From: Escherichia coli
Lineage (GTDB): Bacteria > Pseudomonadota > Gammaproteobacteria > Enterobacterales > Enterobacteriaceae
Length of the DNA stretch: 64,000 bases
NCBI RefSeq assembly: GCF_016903815.1
Contig: NZ_CP069973.1
Direction: 5' to 3' (one strand)
Positions 62,926 to 64,000 of the stretch are shown here, one piece after another (positions within the stretch are counted from its first letter, which is position 1; the number at the start of each line of letters is the position of its first letter). The notes beneath the pieces were generated by a model. The model was not told the DNA's origin, did no database searches, and was given only the letters and a program-made list of their open reading frames with translations. The position numbers and the translations under genes were made by a program.

Positions 62926-64000
62926 ATGATTAAAAAAGCTTCGCTGCTGACGGCGTTTTCCGTCACAGCCTTTTCCGCTTGGGCACAGGATACCAGCCCG
63001 GATACTCTCGTTGTTACTGCTAACCGTTTTGAACAGCCGCGCAGCACTGTGCTTGCACCAACCACCGTTGTGACGCGTCAGGATATTGACCGCTGGCAGT
63101 CGACCTCAGTCAATGATGTTCTGCGCCGTCTTCCGGGTGTCGATATCACCCAAAACGGCGGTTCAGGTCAGCTCTCATCTATTTTTATTCGCGGTACAAA
63201 TGCCAGTCATGTGCTGGTGTTAATTGATGGCGTCCGCCTGAATCTGGCGGGAGTGAGTGGTTCTGCCGACCTTAGCCAGTTCCCTATTGCGCTTGTCCAG
63301 CGTATTGAATATATCCGTGGACCGCGCTCCGCTGTTTATGGTTCCGATGCAATAGGCGGGGTGGTGAATATCATCACGACGCGCGATGAACCCGGAACGG
63401 AAATTTCAGCAGGGTGGGGAAGCAATAGTTATCAGAACTATGATGTCTCCACGCAGCAACAACTGGGGGATAAGACACGGGTAACGCTGTTGGGCGATTA
63501 TGCCCATACTCATGGTTATGATGTTGTTGCCTATGGGAATACCGGAACGCAAGCGCAGACAGATAACGATGGTTTTTTAAGTAAAACGCTTTATGGCGCG
63601 CTGGAGCATAACTTTACTGATGCCTGGAGCGGCTTTGTGCGCGGCTATGGCTATGATAACCGTACCAATTATGACGCGTATTTTTCTCCCGGCTCACCGT
63701 TGCTCGATACCCGTAAACTCTATAGCCAAAGTTGGGACGCCGGGCTGCGCTATAACGGTGAACTGATTAAATCACAACTCATTACCAGCTATAGCCATAG
63801 CAAAGATTACAACTACGATCCCCATTATGGCCGTTATGATTCGTCCGCGACGCTGGATGAGATGAAGCAGTACACCGTCCAGTGGGCAAATAACGTTACC
63901 GTTGGCCACGGTAATATTGGTGCGGGCGTTGACTGGCAGAAGCAGAGCACGGCACCGGGCACAGCTTATGTTAAGGATGGATATGATCAACGTAATACCG
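62926..64000 (+). CDS. btuB: TonB-dependent vitamin B12 outer-membrane transporter BtuB, N-terminal part (3' end lies outside the window)
   Basis: Frame is open from ATG 62926 to the window end; translation [79 protein letters not shown]... matches BtuB (signal peptide, TonB box DTLVVTA). Confidence 0.93.
   Translation, partial: MIKKASLLTAFSVTAFSAWAQDTSPDTLVVTANRFEQPRSTVLAPTTVVTRQDIDRWQSTSVNDVLRRLPGVDITQNGGSGQLSSIFIRGTNASHVLVLIDGVRLNLAGVSGSADLSQFPIALVQRIEYIRGPRSAVYGSDAIGGVVNIITTRDEPGTEISAGWGSNSYQNYDVSTQQQLGDKTRVTLLGDYAHTHGYDVVAYGNTGTQAQTDNDGFLSKTLYGALEHNFTDAWSGFVRGYGYDNRTNYDAYFSPGSPLLDTRKLYSQSWDAGLRYNGELIKSQLITSYSHSKDYNYDPHYGRYDSSATLDEMKQYTVQWANNVTVGHGNIGAGVDWQKQSTAPGTAYVKDGYDQRNT

Overview
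This window is an enterobacterial chromosome segment (Escherichia coli / Shigella type) running from the 3' end of sbp to the 5' part of btuB. Gene order and protein sequences match, from memory, the E. coli K-12 ~4.1 Mb region: cdh, tpiA, yiiQRS, uspD, fpr, glpFKX, zapB, rraA, menA, hslVU, ftsN, cytR, priA, rpmE, yiiX, metJ, metBL, metF, katG, yijEF, gldA-fsaB-ptsA, frwCB-pflDC-frwD, yijO, eptC, ppc, argE/argCBH, oxyS/oxyR, sthA, fabR, yijD, trmA and the btuB cobalamin riboswitch. Two segments interrupt this backbone and are the most interesting content. (1) About 6.3 kb between the convergent genes rpmE and yiiX carries a PAAR-Rhs polymorphic toxin gene (1390 aa) whose AT-rich 147-aa C-terminal tip I cannot assign to a known toxin family, an adjacent small AT-rich ORF that is the likely immunity gene, and a divergent IS1-family element split by a nested intact IS1 flanked by a 9-bp target duplication. 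(2) About 3.2 kb between metL and metF carries a divergently transcribed pair: a 376-aa Cys-rich protein of unknown function and a secreted 5'-nucleotidase-family enzyme. No tRNA, rRNA or CRISPR array was seen. All identifications are from reading the sequence and ORF translations and from memory of the E. coli proteins; no database search was run.
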